Assembly: GCA_965213685.1 (NCBI GenBank)
Contig: CBDBZY010000036.1
Span: 1 to 64,000, forward strand
Length of the DNA stretch: 64,000 nt
Origin: a bacterium
Lineage (GTDB): Bacteria; UBA8248
Reading direction: 5' to 3'
In this document: positions 53,721 through 64,000 of the stretch, in pieces
How positions within the stretch are numbered: the stretch's first letter is position 1
Layout: every line of letters begins with the position of its first letter
The notes under the pieces: generated by a model
What the model was told of the DNA's origin: nothing
Databases searched by the model: none
The model's input: only the letters and a program-made list of their open reading frames with translations
Translations under genes and position numbers: made by a program

Positions 53721-54995
53721 ATGCGCCGTTTCCGTTTCCCCGCATTTCGTTTCCGTGAAAGACGCGAAGCCTTGAAAAAATGGCAGCTTCTCGCCCTGCT
53801 CACCACCGGACACGCTTTTGAGCATTGGTACCAAGGCGTCCTGGGGCCCATCCTCCCCTTCCTGGCGGCGGACCTGCACCTCACCCTGACCCAGGTGGGA
53901 CTCCTGTTCACGGGCCGGGCCGTGATGAGCGCTTTCAGCAGCGTGGGAACGGGCCTGATCATCGACTCCTATGGCGGCGGAAAATGGCTGCTGGCCGGCT
54001 GCATGGTCTCCGTCGCCCTGTTCTACGGCGGCGCGAGTTTCGCGACCGGATTTTTCACGTTGGCCCCCCTCCTGTGGCTGAGCGGCCTGGCAACCCACAG
54101 CTGGCATCCGCCCGCCATGGGGCTGCTGGGAATGCGTTTTGAGAACCGCAAGGGTTTTGCGTTGGGCATACACGGAACCGGCGCGAACGTGGGGCAAACG
54201 CTGGCGCCCATCATCGCGGGTTTTCTGCTCCTGGTAATGAATTGGCGAGGCGTGTTGCTCGTCAACACCATTCCGCTGTTCGCCACGGCGCTGCTCCTGG
54301 GCATGTATCTGGAGCCCTTCGCGCTGGGCGGAAGCCAGAAGTTCGCCTCCCCCATTCGCGCGGAAAACTTCCAAAGCTCCCTCCTCAGAAATCCCGGCAT
54401 GATGGGCGCTTGCGTCCTCTCGGGGGCGAGAACGCTGGCGCATAACGTGATTCTGATTTTTCTCCCCATATTGCTCGTCCAGAAATACGGAATGGCTCCG
54501 GGCGCGCTGGGAATCGTCATCGGCGTATATTCGGCGGCGTCCATATTCCCAGAGACGATTGTCGGCTATCTCTCCGACAGGGTGTCGAGAAAACTGATCC
54601 TGTTTGTCGGGGTCGCCGCCGGCGGCGCATCGATGCTCGCGATTCCGCACGCGGGAACGGGAATGCTCCTCTACGTTTGCGTCATATCCGTCGGCGTTTT
54701 CCTGATTTCCATGCGCTCCGTCATTTTCGCGTACAGCTTCGAGGTCAGCCCGCCCGAACTCGCCGGAAGCGTCGTCGGCGTCATATTTACGGCGAACCAG
54801 ATATGGGTTGGTTTGGGTTTGTTTTTTCTGGGTATACTGGCGGACGCGCACGGGCTAGATGTCGTCTTCGGGGCCATCGGCATATTATGCATGGGAAGTC
54901 TGGCCGCTTTCTCATGGCTGCCCAGGACAGAGGGAAAATCAGGATTTCAGCGACCGGCTGCCGATATGGGAGATTCCGCGCGCTCCTCGCCATAG
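53721..54995 (+). CDS. MFS transporter (Fsr-like)
   Basis: About 12 TM segments; H...H.YQ..L.PILP, WHPPA, G.ALGIH..G.N.G, GYLSDR.SRK. Confidence 0.88.
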   Translation: MRRFRFPAFRFRERREALKKWQLLALLTTGHAFEHWYQGVLGPILPFLAADLHLTLTQVGLLFTGRAVMSAFSSVGTGLIIDSYGGGKWLLAGCMVSVALFYGGASFATGFFTLAPLLWLSGLATHSWHPPAMGLLGMRFENRKGFALGIHGTGANVGQTLAPIIAGFLLLVMNWRGVLLVNTIPLFATALLLGMYLEPFALGGSQKFASPIRAENFQSSLLRNPGMMGACVLSGARTLAHNVILIFLPILLVQKYGMAPGALGIVIGVYSAASIFPETIVGYLSDRVSRKLILFVGVAAGGASMLAIPHAGTGMLLYVCVISVGVFLISMRSVIFAYSFEVSPPELAGSVVGVIFTANQIWVGLGLFFLGILADAHGLDVVFGAIGILCMGSLAAFSWLPRTEGKSGFQRPAADMGDSARSSP

Positions 54996-55016
54996 TTCAT
55001 TTTCGGGAGATGCCAT

Positions 55017-58000
55017 GTGAGCGAACAAGTCGACAAACATTTCGGGTTCTCCCATATAGAGAAATTGCTGGCGGGCGGCACTCCTACCCCTGCGGCGGCG
55101 CATCTCCTGGCCTCGATCGGGGTGACGGAACCGGTCAACGCGATCAGGAACCTGCAATCCCTCGCCCTGCATCCGGCGTTTCCGCGCAACAACCCGAAGT
55201 TTCTGGGACAACTGCTCTCCTCCCTGGGCGATACGTTTGATCCGGAGCGCGCCCTGAGCAATTTCGAGCGGATTCTGGCGACTCGCGACAAACCGGACGC
55301 GCTTCTGCGAACCCTCACGAACTCCGACGATCGCAGGGCGGAACTCTTCGCACTGGCCGGCGGAAGCCAGTTTCTGACCGAGACGATCCTCCGGCATCCC
55401 CATTTTCTGGACTGGCTCTTGCGCCCGAACACGCTGCAAGCCGTCCGAACCAAAGAGAAGATGGAATCCGAATTGTGGCGATGGGTGCGCGAGGGGCGCG
55501 ACTCCCCGAACGGGCCGGAAAACGCGATGCGCCGATTCCGGCAGCGAGAATACCTGCGGATTGCGGTACTGGACTTGATGCGGCAGACATCTCTCCAGGA
55601 AATCACGGCGAGCCTTTCGCATTTGGCCGACGCCTCCCTGGAGACGGCGGTCCGAATCGCCAGGGCCGAGCTCGAGAAAAAATACGGGAAGCCCCGAGAG
55701 AAAAACGCGGACGGAAAATGGCGCAACGCGGCATTCAGCGTCATTGGCCTGGGGAAACTCGGCGGACTCGAACTCAACTTCAGCTCCGACGTCGACCTGT
55801 TGTTCATCTACTCATCAAACGACGGCCAGACGTCCGGGGTGAGCGACCCGTTGACGGGGCGAATCAAGCGCACGATCAGGAATCACGAATTCTTCGCGCA
55901 CCTGGCGCGGCGCGTCATATCCCTGATGGGGAAGAATACCGAAGAAGGCCACGTGTTCCGGATAGACACGCGCCTGCGGCCCGAAGGCACGCAGGGAGCG
56001 TTGGCGTATTCGCTCAGAAGCTGCGAAGTGTATTACGAGTCATGGGGAGAGACCTGGGAGCGGCAGGCGCTCATCAAATCCAGACATTGCGCGGGCTCTC
56101 GCGCCTTGAGCGACGCATTTCTGAAGATGATACGCCCTTTCGTGTATCGCCGAACGATGGACATCAGCGTCATCTCGGAAATCGGAAAAATCAAGGACCG
56201 CATCAACAGAAGCCTGAAGGGGGCGGACGCGACGAGCCGAAACGTGAAGCTGGGCGAGGGCGGCATCCGGGAAATCGAGTTCATCACCCAGGCCCTCCAG
56301 CTCATCTACGGGGGCAACGAAACCCTCCTCCAGAATTCCAACACGCTGGAGAGCCTCGCCATCCTGGAGGCGGTTGGCTTTTTGCCCGCCAACGAATGCG
56401 CGGAACTCTCTCGCGCATACGTGTTTTTGAGGGACGCCGAGCATCGCGTGCAACTCACGCACGGGCTTCAATCACACGAGATTCCGGCGGATGAGAAAAA
56501 CCTGACCGTCCTGGCGCGCAAAATGGGCTGCGCGGGAAGCGAGGAGCTCAAGGCACAACTCGCATACCATCAAAACAATGTCTCCAGGATATTCGAGAAC
56601 ATGTTTCGCGGCGGCGGCGAGGATGAACAGGAGATGTCGTCCGCAAGCGCGCAGTCCCCGGCGCTCACCCTGGGAGACTCCATATCCGCCGAGGATCTGG
56701 CGCCATATAATTTTGAAGACCCCGAAAGCGTGAGCACCCACCTCAAGCTTTTGCGGAATGGCGCATCGCTCGAACACGTCAGCGCCAAGGCGAAGCGGAT
56801 ATTCGACGAAATCCTCCCCCGCCTGCTTTACCAGACGCTGGAGCTCCCGGAGCCGGACAGGGCCGTCGCGCATCTCAACAGGTTCGTGGACAAGGGGGGG
56901 GGACGCGAATCCATCCTCGGATTCATGGCGGAGCAGAAAGAATCGCTGGAAATCATTCTGAAGCTGTTCGCTTCGAGCGATTACCTGTCCGGCGTCCTGA
57001 TTGCGCGGCCGGAACTGCTGGAGACGCTTTTTCAAACGGAGACGCTCGTCCGGCCGCGCTCCCGGGAGTTTCTCGCCGGCGAGATGGAGAAAATCACGGG
57101 CGCGCCAATATCGGCGGAGGAGAAATTCAACCGTCTGCACTTTGCGAAAAAAAGCGAGGAGCTCGCCATAGGCGTCCGCAGCATTCTTGGCGCGGCGGAT
57201 ATTCTGGAAACCTTGTCCGCCCTCTCCTGGCTTGCGGAAACAACCCTGAAAAGCGGCTACGCGATCGCCCGCGAAAAAATGTGCGCATTGTATGGCACCC
57301 CCATCGAGGCGGAGACGGGAGAGGAGGCGCGCTTCGCCATCATCGGCCTCGGCAAGCTGGGAAGCGGCGAAATGAATTTTGGCTCCGACCTGGACATGAT
57401 GGTCGTCTACAGCGCGAACGGGCAAACAAGCGGGCGGGCCGGCGGGAAAAATTCCGGGTACAAACCCATCTCCAATCATGAGTACTACATCAGGCTGATC
57501 ACCTGCTTGCGGGATGGCCTGTCCGCGTCGAGCGCCCGGGAGCGCACCTATGAAATAGACTTTCGCCTGCGGCCCGAGGGGCAGAAGGGGCCACTGGCGG
57601 CGCCGATCGGATCGTTCATCAAATACTTTGAGAATCGCGCTGAAACATGGGAGAAACAAGCGCTTACGCGAGCAAGACACATTGCCGGATCAGAAGCGTT
57701 TGCCACGGAGTTCATGGAATCTGTCCATGCCTTTGTCTATGGGGAGGAGGCGCCGGAGAACCTTGCCCGGGAGGTTCACCATATGCGCAAGCGCATTGAG
57801 CTGGAATTGTCGCGGGAAGATGAAAAAATCATGGACATCAAGCTGGGACGCGGCGGAATCATTGATATTGAGTTTTTGACCCAGTATCTCCTGATTCGGC
57901 ATGGGAGGGCGCATCCGGAGATACGGGTTCCCAACACCTGGCTCGCGTTGCAGGCACTGGGCGCAAGCGGAATACTTGCCGATGCGGACAGCGCCATCCT

Positions 58001-58253
58001 CCTCGACGGGTACCGCTTCCTGCGCCTGCTGGAAAACCGGCTCCGCATTGGCAACGCCCAGTCGATCAACATATTTCTGACCACGCCGCACGCCATGGGC
58101 AGGCTGGCCCGGCGCATGAACATTGTGGATGACATGGATGGAAGCGCCCATGCCAAGTTCCTCGCCCTGTATGAGGGGAAAACGCGCGGGGTGCGAGAAA
58201 TCTATGAAAAGATTGTGGTTGCGGAAAGCAATCGCCCCGCGAAAATGGCGTAG
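55017..58253 (+). CDS. glnE: Bifunctional glutamine synthetase adenylyltransferase / adenylyl-removing enzyme
   Basis: Two nucleotidyltransferase domains GLGKLGG.ELNFSSDVD and GLGKLG.GEMNFGSDLD; D.RLRPEG; WE.QAL; KLG.GGI..IEF. Confidence 0.95.
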   Translation: MSEQVDKHFGFSHIEKLLAGGTPTPAAAHLLASIGVTEPVNAIRNLQSLALHPAFPRNNPKFLGQLLSSLGDTFDPERALSNFERILATRDKPDALLRTLTNSDDRRAELFALAGGSQFLTETILRHPHFLDWLLRPNTLQAVRTKEKMESELWRWVREGRDSPNGPENAMRRFRQREYLRIAVLDLMRQTSLQEITASLSHLADASLETAVRIARAELEKKYGKPREKNADGKWRNAAFSVIGLGKLGGLELNFSSDVDLLFIYSSNDGQTSGVSDPLTGRIKRTIRNHEFFAHLARRVISLMGKNTEEGHVFRIDTRLRPEGTQGALAYSLRSCEVYYESWGETWERQALIKSRHCAGSRALSDAFLKMIRPFVYRRTMDISVISEIGKIKDRINRSLKGADATSRNVKLGEGGIREIEFITQALQLIYGGNETLLQNSNTLESLAILEAVGFLPANECAELSRAYVFLRDAEHRVQLTHGLQSHEIPADEKNLTVLARKMGCAGSEELKAQLAYHQNNVSRIFENMFRGGGEDEQEMSSASAQSPALTLGDSISAEDLAPYNFEDPESVSTHLKLLRNGASLEHVSAKAKRIFDEILPRLLYQTLELPEPDRAVAHLNRFVDKGGGRESILGFMAEQKESLEIILKLFASSDYLSGVLIARPELLETLFQTETLVRPRSREFLAGEMEKITGAPISAEEKFNRLHFAKKSEELAIGVRSILGAADILETLSALSWLAETTLKSGYAIAREKMCALYGTPIEAETGEEARFAIIGLGKLGSGEMNFGSDLDMMVVYSANGQTSGRAGGKNSGYKPISNHEYYIRLITCLRDGLSASSARERTYEIDFRLRPEGQKGPLAAPIGSFIKYFENRAETWEKQALTRARHIAGSEAFATEFMESVHAFVYGEEAPENLAREVHHMRKRIELELSREDEKIMDIKLGRGGIIDIEFLTQYLLIRHGRAHPEIRVPNTWLALQALGASGILADADSAILLDGYRFLRLLENRLRIGNAQSINIFLTTPHAMGRLARRMNIVDDMDGSAHAKFLALYEGKTRGVREIYEKIVVAESNRPAKMA

Positions 58254-58310
58254 CCCCCATCCCAGGTTCGCGCGCATTGGGGCCGGCGACGCCCGGAGGG
58301 CGCATCTGAA

Positions 58311-59534
58311 TTGATGATCAATCCGGATCGTTTCCGCAAATCCATGGAAGAGATGGCCCGCATCGGCGCGACGCGCAGGGGCGGCGTGCACCGCCTCGCG
58401 CTTTCGGATCAGGACAAAGAGGCCAGGGATCTGTTCGCCGCCTGGGCACATGACGCCGGACTGGAAGTGCGCGTCGATCAGATGGGAAACACGTTCGCCA
58501 GGCGGGCGGGCCAGGACGATGGCGCCTCCCCCGCCATGTCGGGGAGCCACCTCGACACCGTGCCGCACGGAGGCCGGTTTGACGGGTCGCTGGGCGTGCT
58601 GTCGGCCCTGGAGACCATCCGGACGCTGAACGACCGGAATATCCTGACGAGGCGTCCGATAGAGATTGTCAACTGGACAAATGAGGAGGGGGCCAGATTT
58701 CCGCCCTCCATGCTCGGAAGCGGCGTATTCTCGGGCGCCATATCGCAGGAGTCCGCATACGAGACGAGAGACGGCGAGGGGGTGCGGTTCGTTGATGAGC
58801 TGGAGCGCATCGGGTATCGCGGAGATACGTCCTGTGCCCCCCGGCCCCTCGGGTCCTATGTGGAGCTCCACATAGAGCAAGGCGCCGTTCTCCTGAACGA
58901 GGGCAGGCAGATAGGCATCGTCGAGGGAATTTTCGGGATAGCGTGGCTTCGCGTCACCATGAAAGGAGAGCGGGACCACGCCGGCCCCACGCCGATGCAC
59001 ATGCGGCGCGACGCCCTGGTGGGTGCGGCGCGCGCCATTTCCGCCATCCGGGAAATTCCGGCAAGGCTGCACCCGGACTTCGTGGCCACGGTGGGGGAGG
59101 TTTCCGTGTCGCCCAACGCCATCAACGTGATTCCCGACCGGGTGCGGTTCTCTGTCGATTTGCGGCACAGCCAGGCAAAGACGCTGGACGATGCGCTGCA
59201 ACTCGTCCGGGAAGCCGCGGGCAAGGAAGCCGGAAGAGAAAATCTGGAAATCGGGGTGGAAGAGATTGGCTCCTCCAGCCCCGTCGCATTCGACGCGAAC
59301 GTTGGCCGGGCTATCCAGGACGCCTGCGTGGAGTCAGGCTACAGCCACCGACGCATGTGGAGTGCCGCCGGGCATGATGCGCGCTACGCCGCCGAGCTTG
59401 GTCCCACGTCCATGATTTTCACCCCCTGCGTCGCAGGGAAAAGCCACTCCGAAGAAGAGGACGTGGATTGGGAAGACGCCTGCAGGGGCTGCGACGTCCT
59501 GGCCAAAACGTTGCTCAGGCTGGCGAATTCATAG
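58311..59534 (+). CDS. Zn-dependent M20 amidohydrolase (N-carbamoyl-amino acid / allantoate hydrolase family)
   Basis: GSHLDTVP.GGRFDG, NEEGARF, ELHIEQG, HAGPTPM..R.DAL, AGHDA, SHSEEE. Confidence 0.92.
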   Translation: MMINPDRFRKSMEEMARIGATRRGGVHRLALSDQDKEARDLFAAWAHDAGLEVRVDQMGNTFARRAGQDDGASPAMSGSHLDTVPHGGRFDGSLGVLSALETIRTLNDRNILTRRPIEIVNWTNEEGARFPPSMLGSGVFSGAISQESAYETRDGEGVRFVDELERIGYRGDTSCAPRPLGSYVELHIEQGAVLLNEGRQIGIVEGIFGIAWLRVTMKGERDHAGPTPMHMRRDALVGAARAISAIREIPARLHPDFVATVGEVSVSPNAINVIPDRVRFSVDLRHSQAKTLDDALQLVREAAGKEAGRENLEIGVEEIGSSSPVAFDANVGRAIQDACVESGYSHRRMWSAAGHDARYAAELGPTSMIFTPCVAGKSHSEEEDVDWEDACRGCDVLAKTLLRLANS

Positions 59535-59577
59535 GCGAGGTTTTTGTTTTCCGGAAGTCCGCAGGGGGGGGAGCCGT

Positions 59578-60417
59578 ATGCCGCAGATACAATGGGCGAA
59601 TGGCGCGCGATGCGCCGTATGCTTGACGTTTGACGTAGATGGCGAAACGGTGTGGATGGCCAGAGACCCGTCGCTGGGAAACCGGCCCATTCACAACTCC
59701 ATGGGCGCCTATGGCCCGAAGGTGGGCGTCCCCCGGATACTCCGGCTCCTGGAAAAACACAGCCTGCCCGGTGCTTTTTACATACCCAGCTGGACGGTGG
59801 AAAAATGGCCGAAAATGACCGAATCCATCGTGAAGGCGGGCCATGAAATCGGACACCACGGCCACATTCACGAAAAACCCTATCAGATGGCGGACGCGGA
59901 GAGAGAAGAGGAGCTGCTCGTGCGCGCCCTCGAGGTGTTGCGGCGCGATACGGGACAAGAAATTCTGGGTTCCCGGACGCCTTCGGCGGACCCGAGCGTC
60001 CACACCATGGGCCTGCTCAAAAAACATGGGCTTCTCTATCATTCCAACATGATGGACGACGACTGGCCCTATTATCATGAATGCGGGTTGGTGGAATTGC
60101 CGACCAAGTGGAGTCTCGACGATTTCATCTTTTTCGCGCACAGCACCAACCCGCCGCTCGGCCACGGCATTCGCGACCCCGAATCGGTCTATTCCATCTG
60201 GGTCGAGGAATTCGAGGGAACGCATGCGGAGGGCGGATACATCAACATCATGTGCCATCCCCAAATCATCGGCCAGCACCATCGCATGCGGATGCTGGAC
60301 AGGCTCGTCCAGCATATCCTGAACAAGGGAGACGTATGGTTTGCGGCCCCCGGCGACGTGGCGAAATGCTGGGCCTCGCAAAACGAGGAGCCGAAGACGA
60401 AAGAACGAAACCGCTGA
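59578..60417 (+). CDS. Polysaccharide deacetylase family protein (PuuE/PgdA-like)
   Basis: LTFDVDGE, YGPKVGVPRIL, GHEIGHHGHIH, LVELP..W..DD, HPQIIG. Confidence 0.88.
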   Translation: MPQIQWANGARCAVCLTFDVDGETVWMARDPSLGNRPIHNSMGAYGPKVGVPRILRLLEKHSLPGAFYIPSWTVEKWPKMTESIVKAGHEIGHHGHIHEKPYQMADAEREEELLVRALEVLRRDTGQEILGSRTPSADPSVHTMGLLKKHGLLYHSNMMDDDWPYYHECGLVELPTKWSLDDFIFFAHSTNPPLGHGIRDPESVYSIWVEEFEGTHAEGGYINIMCHPQIIGQHHRMRMLDRLVQHILNKGDVWFAAPGDVAKCWASQNEEPKTKERNR

Positions 60418-60468
60418 GGCGCGCTCAGAAAGAAAAGCGCGACGGGCGCGGACGCCCATCTGCAACGC

Positions 60469-61650
60469 CTATCCCGCATACTCCAGTATGTGCATTCCGG
60501 CGCCGTTGCGATCGATCAGATACAGCAAACCGTTCTCATCCATTCCGATGTCGTTCGACTGCGCGTAGTCTTTCCCGAAATTGAGTTCCGGTATGTAGTG
60601 CCCTGTCTCTTTCGGGCGGAACGGGTCGGAGAGATCAACGGCCCGCAGCCCCGCATTGAAATAGGTGAGGAAAATCATATCTTTCCAGGGGCCATCCGCC
60701 GGAGCGTATTCCAGAATGTTATGGGCACCGAAGCGCCCTCCCCGGTTCATGTTCTCTCCCCTGTCCGGCATGTATGTGGATATGGGAATCGGGTTGCTCT
60801 CCTCGCGGATGTCCACCACCCACATGAACTGGCTGTTCTCGTAGTTTTTCTGGGCGCGCGCCTCGTCGGTTACGACCAGGTAGGGCCTGTCGCCAAGCGG
60901 CCATACGGTGTGCGTGGAGCCAACGAAAGGCGGCGACCAGCAGAGGTGCCCCACGAACGTGATATTGCGCAGATCCGCGCAATCAAAAATGCCCAGTCCC
61001 CCTCCCCAGAAACCGGCGAACATCCGGTTCCCGCGAATCACGGCGGGGCCGTGGCACGTCCACGCGCGCTCGAATGCGTCCGGCTCTTCATACGGAAGGT
61101 CCAGGCCGAGGTCTTGCTCGGGCAGCCCCACAATGTTGAGCACTTCGGGCTGGAGGGGGTTGCGGATGTCCACCGTCCACATGACCCGATTTCTCCACCC
61201 CTCGGCGTCATTCGGGAAAAACGCGAGATGGCGATCGTTGTCGACGCCAAATCGGTGCGGTCCCGTTCCGGGCAGATCGTAAAACCCGACTTGCCTCGGT
61301 CGGGACGGGTCGCCGATGTCAAAAATCCCGATGCCCGCCCTCGCCTTCTCCCCCTCCGGCGTCTTGAGACGCTCGTGGTTCACATAGAGCAGGTCGTCTC
61401 CCACGATGCGGACCTTGTGATTGTGCGTTCCGGGCGGGGCGAACACCTCGGCGATGCGTCTCGGTTTTCGGGGGTTGGAAACGTCGTGAACGGTCCAGCC
61501 CTCCGGCCCGTCATAGCTGGCCTTTCCCACCGCACCCACATAGGCGTATCCGTTTTTCACCTCGACGAGGCTCCCCCCGCCCCATGCCGCATCCGGGTCG
61601 TGCCCTATCAACCTGAAGTTTCTGGATTCCGCCGGCGCGCCTTTGGCCAT
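60469..61650 (-). CDS. LVIVD-repeat beta-propeller protein
   Basis: Repeats VHDVSNP, IFDIGDP, TVDIRNP, VVDIREE, AVDLSDP; THT, DEA, FGAHN, YFNAGLR. Confidence 0.82.
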   Translation of the reverse strand: MAKGAPAESRNFRLIGHDPDAAWGGGSLVEVKNGYAYVGAVGKASYDGPEGWTVHDVSNPRKPRRIAEVFAPPGTHNHKVRIVGDDLLYVNHERLKTPEGEKARAGIGIFDIGDPSRPRQVGFYDLPGTGPHRFGVDNDRHLAFFPNDAEGWRNRVMWTVDIRNPLQPEVLNIVGLPEQDLGLDLPYEEPDAFERAWTCHGPAVIRGNRMFAGFWGGGLGIFDCADLRNITFVGHLCWSPPFVGSTHTVWPLGDRPYLVVTDEARAQKNYENSQFMWVVDIREESNPIPISTYMPDRGENMNRGGRFGAHNILEYAPADGPWKDMIFLTYFNAGLRAVDLSDPFRPKETGHYIPELNFGKDYAQSNDIGMDENGLLYLIDRNGAGMHILEYAG

Positions 61651-61686
61651 ATCGTCCGCCTCCTGTTGGGTCGCTGCAAGATTCCG

Positions 61687-62591
61687 TCATGAACGCCGCT
61701 GGTCTTTCCCCTCATACGCTTCTACCACGCGCGCGCAATCATCCTCGTTCCATCCGGCTTCCGCCGCGCGCCGAAACATGGCGAGGGCGGCTTCCGTCAC
61801 GGGCGCGTCGAGCCCTCGCTCTTTCGCGAGCGCCGCGCAAAGGCCGAGGTCCTTCACGTATATTCCCACGGAGGCGTGGGGCGTGAAATCGCGCGAGAGA
61901 ATCTTCTCTCCCTTCAACTCCAGAAGAACGCTCGCCGCCCGCTCCCGAGCGCAGGCAGGACATGATCGCGTCCAGGCGCCAGTCCCGAGCGCTCCCCCCG
62001 AGGAGCAGGCCCTTCCGCGAGGAGCGCGACGCCGGCGTTCACGATCAGGTTCGTCACCAGCTTCATGGAGCAACCCGTGCCGTGGGGGGCCGGTATAGAG
62101 GACGCTTTTCCCCCAGAGGCTCGATGATGGGGCTTGATGCGCGTAAAAACCTCTTCTTTCCCGCCCCACCATGTAGGCCAGCGTCCGCGACTCGACGTGC
62201 GGCACCGTGCCGGACACGGGGGCATCGACCATCTCCACCCCTTTTGCTTCCAGCTTCCCTCGCCAGTCCGGCGGACCATGCGGGGTTTCATCGTGCTCAT
62301 TTCCACCAGCACGAGGCCCCTCCTTGCCCGCGGAGGCGATGCCCTCAGGCCCGAGGGTGCTCGCCTCGACCTGTTCGGGGCGAAGCAACATGGTGAACAC
62401 GACGTCCGAGCGCTCGGGCGACCTCCCGCGCGTTCGCGCAAGGGACTTCCGCCCGCTTCCCGCAACTGCGCCATGCGCCTCCCGTCCACGTCGAACCCGC
62501 ATACCGCATGGCCATCGGCCAGGAGGTTCCGGCTCAGGGGAGTGCCCATCTTGCCGAGTCCGATACATCCGAGCCGCGCGCCCATCTTCAT
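61687..62591 (-). CDS. Second 3-hydroxyisobutyrate dehydrogenase-family oxidoreductase (several frameshifts)
   Basis: GCIGLGKMG, DAPVSG, MKLVTN, KDLGL fragments in different frames. Confidence 0.8.
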
Positions 62592-62746
62592 CCCGCCCTC
62601 GCGCGCGGATTGCGCGGAGCGCGCTTGATGGCGGAATCGCTTCGCGTCCCTCTCCACAAAAGCGTAGAATGCGGATTCTGGCAGCCATTGCCGAACAATT
62701 TTTTCACGCTCCCGACATCAAAAAACCATGCGCCGGAGAGGAAGCC

Positions 62747-63857
62747 ATGTCAGCCACCCCCCTTCTCGCCTTGCATCAAACGGCCCGGGCCCGCCTCGTG
62801 GAAGAAGCCGGATGGAAAATTCCCGCAACGTTTGACAATGCGGCCTCCGAGCATCTCGCCTGCAGGGCAAGCGCCATTGTGATCGACCTCTCCCATCGGG
62901 GCAAGCTCCGGTTCAGCGGCCCGGACGCGGAGGAATTCCTCCACCGCATGCTTTCCAACCGGGTCAAGGAACTCGAGGCTGGCGAGGGCGTCTACAACGC
63001 CTTCCTCACGCGACAAGGGAAATTCATATCCGACCTGTACATGTACAAGCACGCAACCTGCATCACGGCCACCGTAGCCCCGGGAGCCGCGGGCGTTCTC
63101 GCCGGGGAAATGAATAAATTCATCATTATGGACCAGGTGGAGGTCGCCGATGAGACGGAAACCTCCTTCTGCCTCGGGCTTTTCGGGCCGAATTCCCGGG
63201 AGATCATTTCCAGGGCGGGCGTGGGTGCGCCTCCGTTGGCGGAGCATGGCCACACGGCACGCGCCGGCTTGACGATAGCGCGCGAATTCTGGACGGGAGA
63301 GGATGGCTATCTGCTCACGGGGCGCTGCGGGGAGGCGGAATCTGTCTGGCAATCCCTGTTGGGTGCGGGAGCGAGACGAGGAGGCGTTGGCGCACTGGCG
63401 TCCCTCACCCTGGAGGCCGGCGTGCCCTTGTTCGGAAAGGACATGACATCAGCGGTGAATCCGATGCAGGCCGGGCTGGAGGAGAAGGCCATTGACTTTG
63501 AGAAGGGCTGCTACATGGGGCAGGAGGTCATCGCCAAGATCAAATACCTGGGCCGCGTGAACCGCGGACTCGTCGGGCTCCGGGTCGATGGCGAGGTTGT
63601 GCCCGAGAGCGGCGCGGCGGTCTCCCTCGACGGGAAGAACATCGGGACGATCACCCGGGCTGCGAACTGCCCGACCGTCGGCGGCGTCTCTGGCTTTTTC
63701 CTATCTGCCCCGTCGCCAAATGAAACCGGACACGCGCGTGCGGGTGGACTGCAAAGGCTCCTGGGCGGAAGCGACCGTCCATGCGCTACCCTTTTACCGG
63801 CGAGAAAATTTGCCCGTCGAACAAGCGACGGGCGATTCGGTGAATCCTCAGAGTTGA
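62747..63857 (+). CDS. GcvT/YgfZ family folate-binding protein (one frameshift near 63690)
   Basis: Not listed whole in the ORF track. ATG 62747: DLSHRGKLRFSGPDAEEFL, LTRQGK, YgfZ motif KGCYMGQEV; C-terminus (ATVHALPFY) in the 63588-63857 frame. Confidence 0.88.
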
Positions 63858-64000
63858 CGCGGCGGACGCAGGGAAAAGCCATTTTCGGCGAGCAAGCCAT
63901 CGCTTCATGCAACATGCGCGAGCAGAGGGAGGGGGGCGCTCTCCCCCCTTTCGCCGCACCCTGGAATCGCAACCTTTTCCTTGTGAATGCGTGCGGAAAC

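Overview
A GC-rich bacterial chromosomal segment, densely coding. It mixes core housekeeping genes (apt, nlpD-like, pcm, surE, secA, lgt, degP-like, mobA, moeA, glnE, ygfZ-like, three tRNAs) with many catabolic and transport genes of unknown substrate. No transposase, integrase, phage gene or cas gene was recognised. Indel frameshifts cluster at about 0.4-1.3 kb, 17.9-21.4 kb and 61.7-63.8 kb; they look like long-read or assembly errors. Main observations: (1) a probable exported selenoprotein of the DUF3179 family, split in the ORF track, with an in-frame UGA forming a UxxC motif and a SECIS-like hairpin, lying between degP-like and lgt; (2) a GntR/FadR-linked three-subunit 2-oxoacid:ferredoxin oxidoreductase of the oxalate-oxidoreductase type (YPIRP motif) that seems to lack one OOR active-site Asp, flanked by TctABC and MFS transporters; (3) an FGE-fold protein with an SH3-like insertion; (4) a DtxR-family regulator with a four-Cys tail heading an Fe3+ ABC transporter; (5) a pair of degenerate 35-nt repeats with CRISPR-like geometry upstream of secA. 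All family calls come from motif recognition by eye; no database search was run.
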